From assembly GCA_025558095.1 (NCBI GenBank), contig JAIVFI010000039.1, positions 1 through 64,000 on the forward strand: DNA of 64,000 nucleotides. The letters are read 5' to 3'. This stretch comes from Hyaloraphidium curvatum SAG 235-1 (lineage: Eukaryota > Fungi > Monoblepharomycota). Made by a program: the position numbers and the translations under genes. This document shows, piece by piece, positions 11,924 to 24,602 of this stretch (positions are counted from its first letter, which is position 1; each line of letters begins with the position of its first letter). Below the pieces are notes generated by a model. The model worked only from the letters and a program-made list of their open reading frames with translations. It did no database searches and was not told the origin of the DNA.

Positions 11924-12083
11924 TACCCTGCTTGCGGAGGAACGAAGGGGAATACCAGAGACATACCCGGAAGTACGAATGGAGGAAGCACTGAAAGTGA
12001 TCGATTCGGCGGCGGGACGTGGGTCCCCGGAGCGAAATTCGGCCCCGTTTGAGAGGCCTCCACAACACCCTTGCACGCCGCCC

Positions 12084-14633
12084 ATGGCCCCCGCCGCGCC
12101 GCGCTCCAGCCCTCCGCGGACGCCCCGCGGCGTCAAGCGCGCGTGGGACGCGTCGCCGTCGCCGGGCCGGGCGGCGAGACCCCTGCCGGACCCGGCGTCC
12201 GAGCTCATCGACTGGGGTTCCGAGGGGCGGAGGTCCGACTCGGGCGTCGGGGGGGAGGTCGATGGGGCGGAGGGGGGCGGGCTGGGGCTGCTCGCTGCGG
12301 CGGCGGACGGGCGGGCCGTCGAGTCGGACGGGGACGAGCGGGCGGCGCCGCGGGGGAGGCCGGCCCCAGCTCGCCCGGCTGGCCCGGCTGCCACGCCTCC
12401 GCAGCCCTCGCGGGTCTCGCAGGCGATGCAGGCAACGCCTGTCCCCGCTGCTCTGCCGGGGAACGCCTTCTCGCCCGCCCGGACCCCCCTGCTCCCCCCT
12501 CCGCCCCCCTCCATCCCGCCGCCCGAGGACCGCGTGCCCCCCGGCCTCTTCGGCCCCCTCCACCCCCAACTCATTGCCGGCCACCCCGCCGACCGGCTCG
12601 AACGCCCCGGCGCCACACACGCCCTCGCCCTCGCCAACTGGCGCGACCTGCGCGCGAAGCTCGGCACCGCAGCCAGCTTCCCCTGGCTCGAGCGCCAGCT
12701 CGCCTCCCCGCCGCCCAAATTCGAGCTCCTTGCCGTGCGGTACGCGCCATGGGACCACCCCCGCCGCCCGACGGACGGCTCGGGGAGCACCGCCGCCGCG
12801 TGCGCCGAAGTGCTGGCCTCGGCGGCCTTCCGCGCCGCCCTCTCCGCCGACCCCTCCTCCTGCCGCAACGGGATCTACCCCCTCCCGGTCTCGCTGAACA
12901 CCAGCGGCAGGGCGCTGAACGGGATCAAGGCCGTCTTCAAGGACCCCGGGGCGGGCGCGCTGCTGTCCCTTGCCGAGGTCCCTTTCGACCCCGCGTCGGC
13001 GCCCGAGGAGGGGGCGGGGACGGGGAGGGTGGTCAGCGGACGGAGGGAGTTGCCGGCCGAGATGCGGATCGCGGCGGCGCTGCTTGTGCCCGTGTCGGAG
13101 GTGGGTTCCCCGCTCCACTTTTCCTTGGTCCGCTGATCTCCGCGACCGATCCCTTTCCTTTACAGCGCCTGACCCTCTCGGACGGAAGCAACACCATGTT
13201 CCGCTACTGGGCCGGCGTCGCCGACGCCCGCGCCGTCTCCGTGTCCTCGCGGGAGTGGGCGGCGGCGGCGGACAGGCTGCCGCACATGGAGCCCAAGAAG
13301 ATGCCCAAGCCGGTCAGAGAGGTGCTTTTCCCCGAGCCGGAGGAGGATGAGGACGGGGCCGGCGAGGGGGAGGGGGACGAGGCGATGGGGGAGGGCAAGG
13401 AGGGCGGAGAGGCGGGCGGGGTTGGACGGGGAGGGCCGTCTTCGCCTGCCGGGCCGACGGCGTCCCCCGGAGCGCGCCCGGGCAACCCCGTCGGCCGGCC
13501 GCAGGAGGGCTGCCCGCACCTGGCCGCCGCGATCGGCTTCCTGCGGAGCAACGAGAGCCGTGGGTCCCTCCCCTCACGCACCATCCGCGCCGCTCACGCT
13601 ACCTCCCGATGCAGTCAGCGCCCCCAACCTCGACGAGTCGACCTTCGACACCCCCGTCGCCCCCGGCGTGCGGAGCAACGCCAACGCCCGGAACCTCCCC
13701 CTCCGGGTGCTGAAGCTGCTGGCCGGGGTCAAGGTCGCCGGCGGCCGCACCGCGCACGTGAACGCCAAGGAAGCATGCCTGCACCTGCTGGCGCAGCGGA
13801 ACGGGGTGCCCGGGATCGGACGGCTGTGCTCCGTCCTGTTCGACCCGCCCGGCGGGGAGGTGTGCGGGTTGGTGCTGGAGGGCTATCCGGGGGGCAACGT
13901 GCGCGACTTCCTGAACGGCTACGCTGCGCGCGACCGCAGGCTGCCCCCGCCCGCGGAGGGGGAACACCCCACCTTCCCCGGCTGGGCCGTGCGCGAGGTC
14001 GCCGCCGGCCTGCGCTCCCTCCTTTCCGCGCTCTCGGCTTTGCACGCGCTCAACATCTACCACCTGGACGTGGACGAAGCCAACCTCGTCCGCGGCGCCC
14101 CGCTGGCGGGCAGGGAGGTGACAGAGTGGCGCTTGATCGATTTCGGCGGGGCAAGGACGACGCGGGGGGGACACGGGGTGCATCTCTCGAACCACCCGCA
14201 CGAGGCCGCGGCGGAGGACGAGGTCGGCGGGCACGTTCTGCGGACGAGGGTGAGGATCGGGCACCAGGACAAGACGCCGCACGAGGCGTGGGGTACGGAG
14301 AAGCAGGCAAGGGAGGCCAAGGTGGTGCTGGCGGACGGGAGGAAGCTGGATGCGTACATGGCGGGGGCGACGGCGTACAATTGCCTCTTCCCTGGTGTGC
14401 GGTACGATCGGGGGAAGGGGGCGCGGGACAATCTTGAGCGCGGGATCGAGGGGATGCACGGGGCGGCGGGGAGGGGGAGGACGGAGGGGGTGCTGAAGGA
14501 GAACGGGTGGTGCGCGCTGCTGTGGAGGATGCTCGAGAAGGAGCCGGGGAAGAGGTGCACGGTCGACGAGGCGAGGGAGGTGCTGGAGGGGTGGGCGGAC
14601 GGGGAGATGGAGGTGTGGATGCTTTTCCGTTGA
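12084..14633 (+). CDS. protein with low-complexity N-terminus and a divergent C-terminal protein kinase-like domain
   Basis: LHALNIYHLDVDEANLV (catalytic loop), LIDFG, KLDAYMAG and LLWRMLEKEPGKR; introns near 13101-13165 and 13561-13618. The start could be 11979. Confidence 0.75.
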
Positions 14634-15163
14634 TTGGTCGTCTCTGTCTTTCCTCATGCTTTTGGTTATTTCGATCGGTGAATCTACGTCTGGAGTCTCT
14701 GACTTCGCCCGTTGCCGCGGCGGTATGTCCCACTTGCTCGCTCGGTCGCCGAGGCGTTGAGCTTCTGTCCTTCCGCCGTCCACCCCGCCTCCCGTTCGTT
14801 GCCTAGCACCTGCTCCGCGAAATCGAACGACGAAGGGGTGCCTGATCCGAACCGCCCGCTGCCGCTCTGCTGCCCGCGGACACAACCCTCCTCTTGCCGC
14901 TCCTGCCGCCCAAACACCTCGAGAGGCCCGGTATATCCCGCCCGCCGACATCGCCCGCCTATTCGCACCTGCCCGGCGGCCCGCGGCCCGGCACGAGTTG
15001 CGCCGCTTGCCGGGCTGGTGCACCGTCCCCCGTCATCGGCCCAGGCGGGAGGGGCCTGGATCCCCAACCGCCCGGCGGCACGATTCGTCCAGTCACCCGC
15101 GCCCTCCGCCCCGCCCGCACCGTGGCCGCCCTCCGCCCCCTCGCGCGCCGCTTCGCCTCCGCG

Positions 15164-17404
15164 ATGCCGTCCGGCTCGTCCGCCGCGGCGAGGAGCCACC
15201 TCCGCGTGGTCGCCATCAACGACATCTAGTGCGCCCCTCGTTGGGGTGCCGGGGCACCGCTGACCCCTCCCCGCTCGCAGCGAATTTCGCAACCTGCCCT
15301 CGCTCGCAACCTTTATAAAGGATGTCAAGGCCAACAAGGTGCCCGGCCTGGGCGACGCCGAGCCCGACGCCGTGATTGCCACGCTCGCCGGGGACTTCGT
15401 GGCGCCGAGCTCACTCGCCGCGCTGGACCGCGGGATCGGCATGGTCGACGTGCTGTCCAAGGCGGGCATCGACTACGTCTGCATCGGGAGTGGGTGCCCC
15501 CGCGGGCGCCGCCGCCCGCCCGCCTGACCCGCCCGGCCCCGTCCCGGAGACCACGAGAGCGACATCCCCAACGACGCCCTCGTCAAGCGCATCGCGACCT
15601 CCAAGTTCATCTGGCTCAACTCGAACCTGCCCGGCCTGATCCCCGACCGCACCGGCAAGGACGCCGACGGCGACGCCGAGAAGGACGTGGCGACGGGCAA
15701 CATGCCCGAGCACGAGGTGATCGAGGTCGGCGGGGTCAAGGTGGCGCTGGCGGGCATGTGCGGGTTCACGAGCGGGATGGAGAAGAACCCCGGGTTCACC
15801 AAGCGCGCGCTGGACGGCCTGGTGCCGCCGCTCGACGCCGCCAGGGCGATCCACAAGAAGCTCGTGGAGGAGGAGAAGAAGGCCAACATCGTCGTCCCAA
15901 TCACCCACCAGGACCTCGCCAAGGACATCGAGATCCTCGAGGCAGACGGGGGGAAGTTCCCGCTGGTGTTGGCGGGCCACGAGCACGAGTTGATCGCGGC
16001 CGAGGGGATCCCGGCCGTGATCGTGGCCGACCTCCGCTCCGGGGAGGGGAAGGAGAAGAAGGATCTCCCGGCTGGGGAGGCCCGCACCGCCAAGAACGTG
16101 ATGGTGAAGGCCGGCGCCGACGCCGAAACCGCGGTTCGTCTCTCCTCCCCAAACCCCACCATCGCCACCTGATCCCTCCATCCCGCCCTCACAGATGATC
16201 GTCGACGTCGTCTGGGACACCACGGGCGACGGCTTCCTCCCCCCGGCCTCCATCACCTACCGCCGCGTCGACGTACCCACCTACCCCCCCAACGAGAAGA
16301 TCGCCGCGGCCTGCAAGCGGCACTACGCCAAGGTCGTCGCGCTTAGCAAGATGACCCTGGCCTTCTACATCCCCGACGAGTTCCTCCCGCTGACCTCTAA
16401 GGGCTGCCGCAACGGGCCGACGACGCTGTCGACGCTGCTGCTGAGTATGATCAGGGACATGATGGGCGCCGAGATCGCGATCCTGCCGGGGGGTTCGTTC
16501 AAGCAGAAGGAGTACGCGGCGGACGTGGCCGGGGGGGAGAAGGACACGCTGACGATCCCCGCGCACAACCGCGTCACGGTGGGCCTACCAAGGTGCCGCC
16601 CCGCCAATTCCTGACCCGCCCCCGCAGTTCTCGCACTCGGACCTCTCGGCCGTCATGCCCTACCCCAGCCTCCTGCAGCCGGTCCCCATGACCGGCGCCG
16701 ACATCCTCGCCGCGCTGCGGTTCTCCCGAAATGGCATGAAGCCCGGGGAGGAGCACAACCCGTTCCTGCAGGTCGACGACGGCGTGGCCTTCGTCCCCGG
16801 CACCGTCCTCACGGAGCAGGTGGACATCGCGACCGTCGGCGGGGAGCCGTTCGACGCCGCGCGGACGTACCACGTGGCCATCCTGGACCTGATGCTGACG
16901 GGGATGGACAAGAACGAGGTGCTGATCAAGTGGGCCGAGGACCACAAGAAGGAGTTCGACGAGTCTTTCGACGACAGGAGGCAGGCCAAGCACCTGATCA
17001 TCGAGTTTTTCGGCCAGTTCTGGTGGCATTGCCTGCCGACCTTTGACGGGATCGATACTAACAAGGACGGTTCCATCTCGGTGGAGGAACTCAAACAAGT
17101 GTACGTGGACATATTGTGCGGACAGTACCACCCCGAGGCGTCGAAAATCGAGAAGGACTGGGAGCCCGAGCAGGCCATCGCCATCTCCGGTGTGGTGGAT
17201 TCGCTGTTCGGGTACGTGGACGGGAACAGGGACGGCAAGATCACGCGGGAGGAGTACCAGCGGGTCGTGGGGAAGGTCAAGGGCCCGAGGGCGAGGACGA
17301 TGAACAAGGTTCGTGGCGTCAGGGGGGTGGCGGGGGGAGGGACGACTGACGGTGTTTCGCACCAGTTCCTCAAGCTCGTCAAGCCGTCCGCCGTCACCGA
17401 GTAA
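15164..17404 (+). CDS. 5'-nucleotidase/metallophosphoesterase with two C-terminal EF-hands
   Basis: VAINDI, AGDF, GNHE (split by the intron at 15490), ITHQ and LAGHEH motifs; 5'-nucleotidase C-domain (EIAILPGGSFK, FLQVDDG); EF-hands DTNKDGSISVEE and DGNRDGKITREE. Confidence 0.85.
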
Positions 17405-17943
17405 TGGACCGGAGCAGTGCGGAAAGACGAATCATTGGTCTTTGGTGAGCGAATGACGATGGCACTGGTGGGATAATCAAGAACATGTAGAACTATGTCA
17501 AGAGCACTCCTTGCATCGCCTTGTGCTTTTTCCGCTCGCCGCACGCTCGCACTCGAACGCAACATCGCGAAGCCGTCGTGGAAAGCGGCCGACGAAGGCC
17601 GGTCCTCAACCGGGTCCGAGAAGCCACCCCACCGCCGGCAGAGACCTTCGGGCCCCGCAGCGTGCCCCAGCTCCCCTCCCCGGGCACACAGGCAACCCGC
17701 CAGCTGCGGGACACCTGCAGCAATTGAGCCACGGGGACGGCCGTGAAAGCGATGTGGCGAACTTCCTCCAGGTTGGGGAACATAAGGACCCTGCGGCCGA
17801 TCGGGGTCCAACATAACATTTGGGGATTCCGTCCGCGGGTACTGCCATCGGATCTCCCCCGCGAAAAAGGCCCGACGGACACCCAGCGACCGGCTTTGTC
17901 GCAGAACAATCGCAGCCTGCCGACTCAAAGCCGCTGCGCCGCG

Positions 17944-20045
17944 ATGCCGGCCATTCCCAGCGAACGCAGCACGTCGGCGGGCGGCCCCACAGCGGCGGTG
18001 CAGCGAGCGGCCGGCCTGATCCGTGGCGTTGCGTGCCAACGATGCTGCGATAGCAAAAAGCGCTGCGAGCGCCCCCCGGCCGGGGCGTGCGAGAGATGCG
18101 CCAGGGGCGGGCACGAGTGCCTCCCGCAGGACGGCCCCGAGGGGCGCCGGGCCCGCTGGATGCGGCGGCATGGGCGAATCGCCGCCCCGGCGTTCCCGAC
18201 CGTCGTGCGGCTGGGTGGCTTCGGTGGTCTTCCCTCCCCGGCCGCGAGGCCGCCGTCTCTGCCCCTTGTTGCGCCCGTCGCGCCAACGGTGTCCCCCCTT
18301 CTGCCCTCGCCCGCCTCAAAACCTGAGCCCCCCCCGATCCCCATCCTTCTTCCGTCGCCCGGCCTTCCAGTGGAGCTCGAGGTGCCGCCCGACGCCGCTC
18401 TGGCCGCCGTTACCGCCTTCTGGGAGTTCGAACACGCCGCTCTGCCCACCGTGCACCGCGCCACCTTCGAAAACGCCTGGCTCGAGCCCTCCGGCCTTTA
18501 CGGCTGCCGTCGTCCCGTAGCGCTGCTCCACGCCCTGGCCGCGTCGGGCATGCGCCACGCGGAGCTGCTCGGCGTCTCGGACGGCCTGCGCCTCCGTTAT
18601 GCCGTCGCCTGTTGGGAGCGATGCAAGGCCCTGCTGCTGGCCGGGTGGGGCACCCCTGGAAGCCCGACAGCGATCGAGGCTCTGCAGGCCCTCTCGCACG
18701 CCACGCTGTTCCTGACCGTGATGGGCGTGTCCTACGAGGCCCGGAGGCCAATGAACGAGTTCTACCGGGACCTCGCCGCGGCCACTTGCCTCGAAACCGA
18801 GGGGGTTGGCGCTGGCGTCACGCGCAGGCCGCGCGACGCGGGCGAATGGGTTGAGCTCGAGGTGCTGCAGCGCCTATTCCTTATGGTGGCTTGGAACCGC
18901 GCGGGCGAGTGGTATTACTGCTCAGGCCGCGATCAAAAGTCCATCGAGTGGCTTTGCACTGCGGTCGCCCTCCCGGCGCCGGATACTTACTTCGAGATGA
19001 CTTCGGCCGAGAATGCTTTTGCCTTGCTGCAATGCGGCCCTACGCCGTTCGAGCCGGCCGTCGTGGACCTCACCCCTGTCGTTCGCGGATCTGCGGACTC
19101 GGCCGCGGTGTCTCTCGCCGTGCACCGCACAGTCCGCCCGCTCTTCGAGGGCCGCGCGAGCTACCTCGGCATCGGCTACGTTCACAGCGCGCTGCGCCAC
19201 CTCCGCGGCACCATCCGCGACTTCGCGGAGGCGCACTCGATCGACGTCTTTTCCCTGGCTTCAACCGATCCCGGCGCCCCAACCGCGCGCGAGGCGGCAC
19301 GCTACTTGTCGCTGGTCGGCGTCGCAGACACTGCCTGCGAGGCTGTGCTCGCAGCCATGCCCGAACACGTCGGTGATGCGCTGCGGCAGGGCGACCCGCG
19401 GCCCCTGCTCAACCCCGAACTCGGTTGCTTCCCCGACGCCCGCTTCGGCCATGCCTTTCTCGGTCTCACGGTGGCCGTGCGCGCCATCGCCATCGAGAAC
19501 TGGTTCCACCCCAACGCCGACCCTCCGCCGGACTTTTTCGCCTCGGCGCCCTTCGCCGCCGCCTTGGAATCCGGCGCCGCCATCGTTCGCGCGGTTGGTG
19601 CGCAGGCCGAACTCGGCGGCGCACCGCATGCCCCAGCCCCGGCCTTTGTCGCAGCCCTCCGCGCGGGGTCGCTCGCGCTGGCGGCGGCGATCGCCCTGCG
19701 CGGGTCCCACACCGAGGCGGGCGGCGCCTTGGAGTCGGCGTTCAACGAGGCGCGCACTGTGCGGGGATATCTGGAGCTAATGGCTGCCGGATCTCCCAGC
19801 TTGAGTGGGTTCCACGTCTGCCGTCGGCTCGCGACGTCTGACCTCCCCTTTTTGCGGCAGTTATCAGCGCCGTCTCCCTCTTCAGCGGGCTCATGGCCCG
19901 CGCCCGGGTGCCTGGGTCGCCGTCGCCGCCTGCGGATCGTTTGTCCCCGAGGACGGATGTGGGCCCGAGGAGCGAGTTCGCGGACGTGGTCATGACACTC
20001 GAGTCGGTGATGACGCCCATGTACGTGGAGGTCGGGTCGGGCTAA
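17944..20045 (+). CDS. Zn(II)2Cys6 fungal transcription factor
   Basis: CQRCCDSKKRCERPPAGACERCARGGHEC binuclear cluster; fungal TF middle-homology start FWEFEHAALPTVHRATF; intron 19805-19860 leads to TAA at 20043-20045. Confidence 0.85.
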
Positions 20046-20143
20046 CACGGCGGAGAAATCACGTGTCGGATCGTGTCTAGGTGGCCGGTGTGGATTGCTC
20101 TTCTGTACAAAGTTGCGTTCGGACGGCAGTGGCACTTCTTGGT

Positions 20144-20758
20144 CTAGTAGCCGCACCACTGACCCTCGCCGTCGGGGCAGCGGGTGTTGTCCGGCCTCAC
20201 CCCGCGGAATTCTTTGGCTCCGGTGGGGCACTTTGCGCCGCTCGGGACGGCCTTCTTCCCCGCCGCTACCGCCGTGCAGCCCACGAACCTCCACGCAGCG
20301 CCCTCGTCGGTGGCCGAGGACGGGTCCGAGCCGGGGTAGAAGCCCTTCCCGGGGTCAAGGAAGGTGCCGCACCAGATCCCCTCCCTGCCGTGCTCGCAGG
20401 GCACCCCGTCCGGCTGGTCGCCCTGGGCGACGTGGCCGGAGAAGTGCCTCGCGGCGATGGCGCACTGCAGGTTGGGGTTCGTGCCATTGGGGAGGCAGCC
20501 GCCAAAGACCCAGTGCACGTTCGGCGGGGGCGACGACGGGGGAAGGTAGATCCCGGAGGAGCGGCGCATGGGCGGCTGGTCGCCCGTGAGGGCCCCGAAG
20601 GGGTGGCCGGTTGCAGGGCGGGGCGCGACGGACGGGACAGCAGCGGTGGGCATGACGGCGGGCGACGACGGGTCGGCGACAGTGGTGGCGAGGGGAGCGG
20701 CAGAGGCAGAGCCGAGGGCAGCGGCGACGAGCAGTGCCAAGAAGGCGGCGGTCTTCAT
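20144..20758 (-). CDS. small secreted cysteine-rich protein
   Basis: Signal peptide MKTAAFLALLVAAALGSASA, P/T-rich linker, two loosely repeated Cys units (WVFGGC..C..C..WCG / WRFVGC..C..C..WCG). Confidence 0.7.
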   Translation of the reverse strand: MKTAAFLALLVAAALGSASAAPLATTVADPSSPAVMPTAAVPSVAPRPATGHPFGALTGDQPPMRRSSGIYLPPSSPPPNVHWVFGGCLPNGTNPNLQCAIAARHFSGHVAQGDQPDGVPCEHGREGIWCGTFLDPGKGFYPGSDPSSATDEGAAWRFVGCTAVAAGKKAVPSGAKCPTGAKEFRGVRPDNTRCPDGEGQWCGY

Positions 20759-21264
20759 GTCGGTGCTTGGGCTGGTTCGGTTTCGAGTTGTCGGTTGAGG
20801 TCGATGCCGTGACGTGCCGATGTACCGCATTATGTAGCCCTGCGGTGCAGTGCTCGAGATTTCGGCCGGACGGGGGGCGGAGCGACGGGGCGCAGCGTTC
20901 CCGCCGAAGCGTCCTTGGCAGGATCTGGACCCCAGCAAAACCCCCTCGAATCGGTCCCTACCGGACCCCTGAACTTTTGCGACTGCACTTGCAGGCTGAG
21001 TTGCAACCGAAATGGTTTTGGAAAGACACCATCGATCCAGCGATGGTGTGGCAGCGTGCCCCGGCCGGTTTGCGGCTGGCTGGGCGTGCGGCACTTGACG
21101 GGGCGGCCGCCGCTTGCCGCCGGCTTCGGAAGCCGAGAAGCGCGGCGGAGCACAGCTTGTGTGATTTCCGTGCTCCGCCGCAGACACAGCTACAGCTCCA
21201 TAAAAGCGTCCGGTGGCCGCCTCTCTCCGCCAGCGCACTTCCAACGAGCCGCACGTCCGAGAAC

Positions 21265-21495
21265 ATGATCCGCCGAGCAGTCCTGGTGGCCCTCGCCTCC
21301 CTCCTGGCCATCGCTTCCCACGCCCAGGCTTGCTGCTTCTATAACGGCGACAGCCAGCGCATCCTGGTCGTTGATATTGTCCGAACCGCCGTAAACAACA
21401 ACATCTACCCGCCGCCGCCGTTTGCGCCCAACGTGCACCACCTGGATCTACAACAACGGCGGAGGCGGGGCGGACTGCAACAGGGTCGCTCTTAA
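21265..21495 (+). pseudogene. truncated secreted-protein paralogue of the gene at 24192
   Basis: MIRRAVLVALASLLAIASHAQACCFYNGDSQRILVVD matches MRRASLVVTAVLLHAQAYCFYNGGTQTILVVD, then degenerates. Confidence 0.6.
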
Positions 21496-21992
21496 AAGTA
21501 ACCGATTGGCGTATTGAGCGCGCGAATACAGCGCTTGATCCGACGTGCGGCGTCCGCGGGTACCCAAAAATCCCTCGCGTCCGTGGCGGAACGTCCCCTT
21601 TTGCCTCGTCCTCTCGGTCCGATCAGATGAGGTCGGCGCGACAGCCCAGATTTCGCGCGACTGGGTTGCCGCAGGGGTACCCGCACGGCGGCGGGTCGGC
21701 GGCCGTCAGCGGCATCCCGACGCCGCCCGCTGCACAGCATCGCCGCTCTTGGCCCTCCCTTCCCGGCTCCCTCTCGCACGCTCCCCGAGGTGGCACAATG
21801 CGAATTGGTAGGCAAGTCATGACCGACCACCTCTCCCGAGATTCGGCCCGCTGTCGGCCCCGCAGCGCGGCCCGCGGCGGATCGCGCCAGAACCGCCTGC
21901 GGCAGGTGGCAAGTGTCCGCCCTGCCGCCCATCCCGACCCGACCTGCCGCACAAAATCGCCGCCGCAATCGTCTCCCCCGAACACCGACAAG

Positions 21993-22771
21993 ATGCGTCT
22001 GCCCGCGATCCTGCTCGCCGCCGCGCTGCTCGCCGCGCTCGCGCTCCTGCGCGGCACAGCTGCGGCGCCGTTCGCGATGGCGCCGGCGGAGAAGTCGGGG
22101 CTGCTGCCGAGGAGGGAGGGCGAGTCGGGCGGCGGACGTGGAGGTGGCGGCGGTGGGGGCCGCGGTGGCGGCGATGGCGTGACCGAGACGGTGCGTTCTC
22201 CTTGAGCGGGGCTCACTCGTGCGCGTCGTGACGTGCAGCCCCGTCGCCAGAGGTCCGAGGCGACCGAGACCAGGTTCGAAGCCACCGAGACCAGGGGCAG
22301 TGAAGCCACCGAAACAAGGGGCCACGAGGCCAGCGAGACCCGGGGGCCCGAGAGCGAGACCAGGGGCCGCGAGAGCGGGACGAGGGGCCCCGAGGCCACC
22401 GAGACCAGGCACGGCGAGCCCACCGAGACCCAGGGCCGCGGGGCTGCGCCCACGGAGACCGAGATCCACAGGACAGGCAGGACGAGCAGGAGCGGCCGCA
22501 CGAGCCGCACCTCGTCCAAGAGCAAGAGCAAGAGCAAGACGGTGGGCTGCCATCGTCTTAACCGGCTCGTTGCCCGACCTGACCGTTCCGATGGCAGACC
22601 AAGACGTCGTCCAAGTCGGCCAGTAAGGGCGAAGGAGCCAAGACGAGCAGGACGAGCTCGCGCTCCAGGACGACGAGGACCACGAGGACCTCGAGGACCT
22701 CGAGAACCTCGAGTTCACGCACGGTGACCGCCACGGCGCGCGCCCGCGCCGCCAGGTGGTGGTTCTTCTGA
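21993..22771 (+). CDS. secreted low-complexity protein with E(A/S)TETRG and RTS repeats (3 exons)
   Basis: Signal peptide MRLPAILLAAALLAALALL; exons 21993-22190, 22239-22541 and 22598-22771 join in phase 0 with GT-AG borders; ends RWWFF-stop. Confidence 0.75.
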
Positions 22772-23260
22772 GCCGAAAGGCCGGACATTCGCCTTCGCTC
22801 GAATTATTGTATTTCCCTTGGGCCATAGAAGGAGCAGATGCCTCACTGTGACCACTCCCTGCACGCTTCCTTGTGCCCAGGCCACGCCGCCCTCTGGCAC
22901 GCGGCCGAGCAGTACCTCGCCGCCAAGGGCGAAGGGGCCAAGACCAGCCGGACGAGCTCGCGCTCCAGGACTACGAGGACCTCGAGGACCTCCAGGACTA
23001 CGAGGACCTCGGGGACCTCCAGGACTACGAGGACCTCGAGGTCCAGGACGGCGACCGCCACGGCGCGCACCCGCGCCGCCAGGTGGTGGTTCTTCTGAGC
23101 CGAAAGGCCGCAGATTCTCGTTCGCTGCATGGTAATCGGGGGTGTATAGAAGAAGTCTCCCTTCTTCACGACCGTTCTCTGCAGGTCGCCTTGTGACCCG
23201 CCCAGTCCGCCCGCTGGCATCCTTTGCCGCAGTACAGCGTGACTTGCACCACAACCAGCG
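22625..23260. repeat. diverged tandem duplication (~300-330 bp unit): last exon of the secreted gene + spacer + convergent MYND tail
   Basis: AAGGGCGAAGG...GCCGCCAGGTGGTGGTTCTTCTGAGCCGAAAGGCCG occurs at about 22625-22783 and 22925-23110. Each copy is followed by a minus-strand MYND C-terminus. Confidence 0.8.
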
Positions 23261-23697
23261 CAGGAGCTCCCCCCCCCTCCGCGTCGCACCTGTCGCACGA
23301 GTCCGCGACGCGCCCGGCCGGTCTCTAAGATATCCTTGGACCCTCTAGCTCCATGGGCCCGGACTTGCTGCCGCGGGTCGTGCGTACGAGTGACGGCGGT
23401 GGTCAGGAACCGCACGTCCGGGGCCACTATGCCGAGGATGGTGCCGACGGAGGGGTCCAGCCGCGCGACCTGGGCATGCAGCCACGTGACCATGTCGCCG
23501 ACGGCTTGCTCGTAGGTCGCGGTCATCGGGGTGCCGTCATTGGCGAGCACCGCGAGCGCGTGGGGGGCCCACGGGCGGGGGTTCTCGACCGTCGCGATCA
23601 TGAGCGCGCGGCTGGGCTGCACGAACATCTCCACGCACAGCTTGGCGGCTTCGGCAATCTTCTCGTCCACCTCGGCGCCCCCTGCACCACCGCACAT
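23166..23697 (-). pseudogene. MYND zinc-finger gene, frameshifted
   Basis: VENPRPWAPHA resembles LENPVPWATHT of the 29756 paralogue. CDRCDAEGG is followed by frameshifts (C9 run at 23269-23277) and then YCGKGCQRADWAGHKATCRERS-stop. Confidence 0.65.
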
Positions 23698-24191
23698 TTT
23701 CGGACGGTCCGGCGGTCCGGCGCGATTTTTCCAAGATGCTCCCTCGAACGACGCCAGCGCTCCTCGCTCGCAATCCCGGACTCTCCCCGGCGCTGTGCAA
23801 GTGCGCGGGATTTCGGGCGGACGGGGGCGGAGCTGAGCAGCTCTTCTGACGAAGCGTCCTCGCCGGATCTGGACCGATCCCTCTGCTAAAGGGACCCCTG
23901 GCACTTTCCGACGCACTCTCAGCCAGATCAGGAGCAGGAACGGATATCCACGGTCACCATGTGACCCGTTCCGTCGCAACAGCGTGGTCGGGGTTGGTGC
24001 GGGGCCGGGCGAGCGCCTTCCGTGGGGCGGCCGCCCGGTCTCCGAAGCCGGAAGCTCGGCGGAGCACAGCTCCCCGGTTTCCCTGCTCCGCCACTGCCAC
24101 AGCGGTGCGCTATAAGAGCGAGAGCTGCCATCCCTCCCAGTCCACATCCGCACCTGCAAGGAGAACAGTCTCAGTCGCCCACCATCGAACC

Positions 24192-24602
24192 ATGCGCCGG
24201 GCATCCCTCGTCGTCACAGCCGTCCTTCTCCACGCCCAGGCCTACTGCTTCTACAACGGCGGGACCCAGACGATACTGGTCGTAGACCCGAACCGCAAGA
24301 ACGATCTGTCCCTGTTCGAGGCGACGCTCGCCCCCGGACAGAAGCAATGCTGGTTCCAGGGCGGCACGGGCGGGTTCTGCAACCCGCAGTCGTTCGACGT
24401 CGCCCCCGTTCTCGCCGTGAACGGCGACGAGGTTACGTACGAGCCGGACCGGGCCGTCTAGATCTCCATCCTCTCCGGGGACGGGGTATTCGTGGATCTC
24501 GATGCCGGGTGGATTTCGCTGAACCCCAACGCGGCGTGCGGCGTGCCGGTGCACTACGCCCAGATGGTCCCGAGCGCCTCACGATTGGGTGCCAAGATGT
24601 AG
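24192..24602 (+). pseudogene. small secreted Cys-containing protein with an in-frame TAG
   Basis: Signal-like N-terminus. The frame continues plausibly past TAG 24459-24461 (ISILSGDGVFVDLDAGWISLNPNAACG..) to TAG 24600-24602. Confidence 0.55.

Noticed and set aside
10641-13136. 831-aa ORF as one gene
   Set aside because: It reads through introns of the SET gene, an intergenic gap and the next gene; an artefact of high GC.
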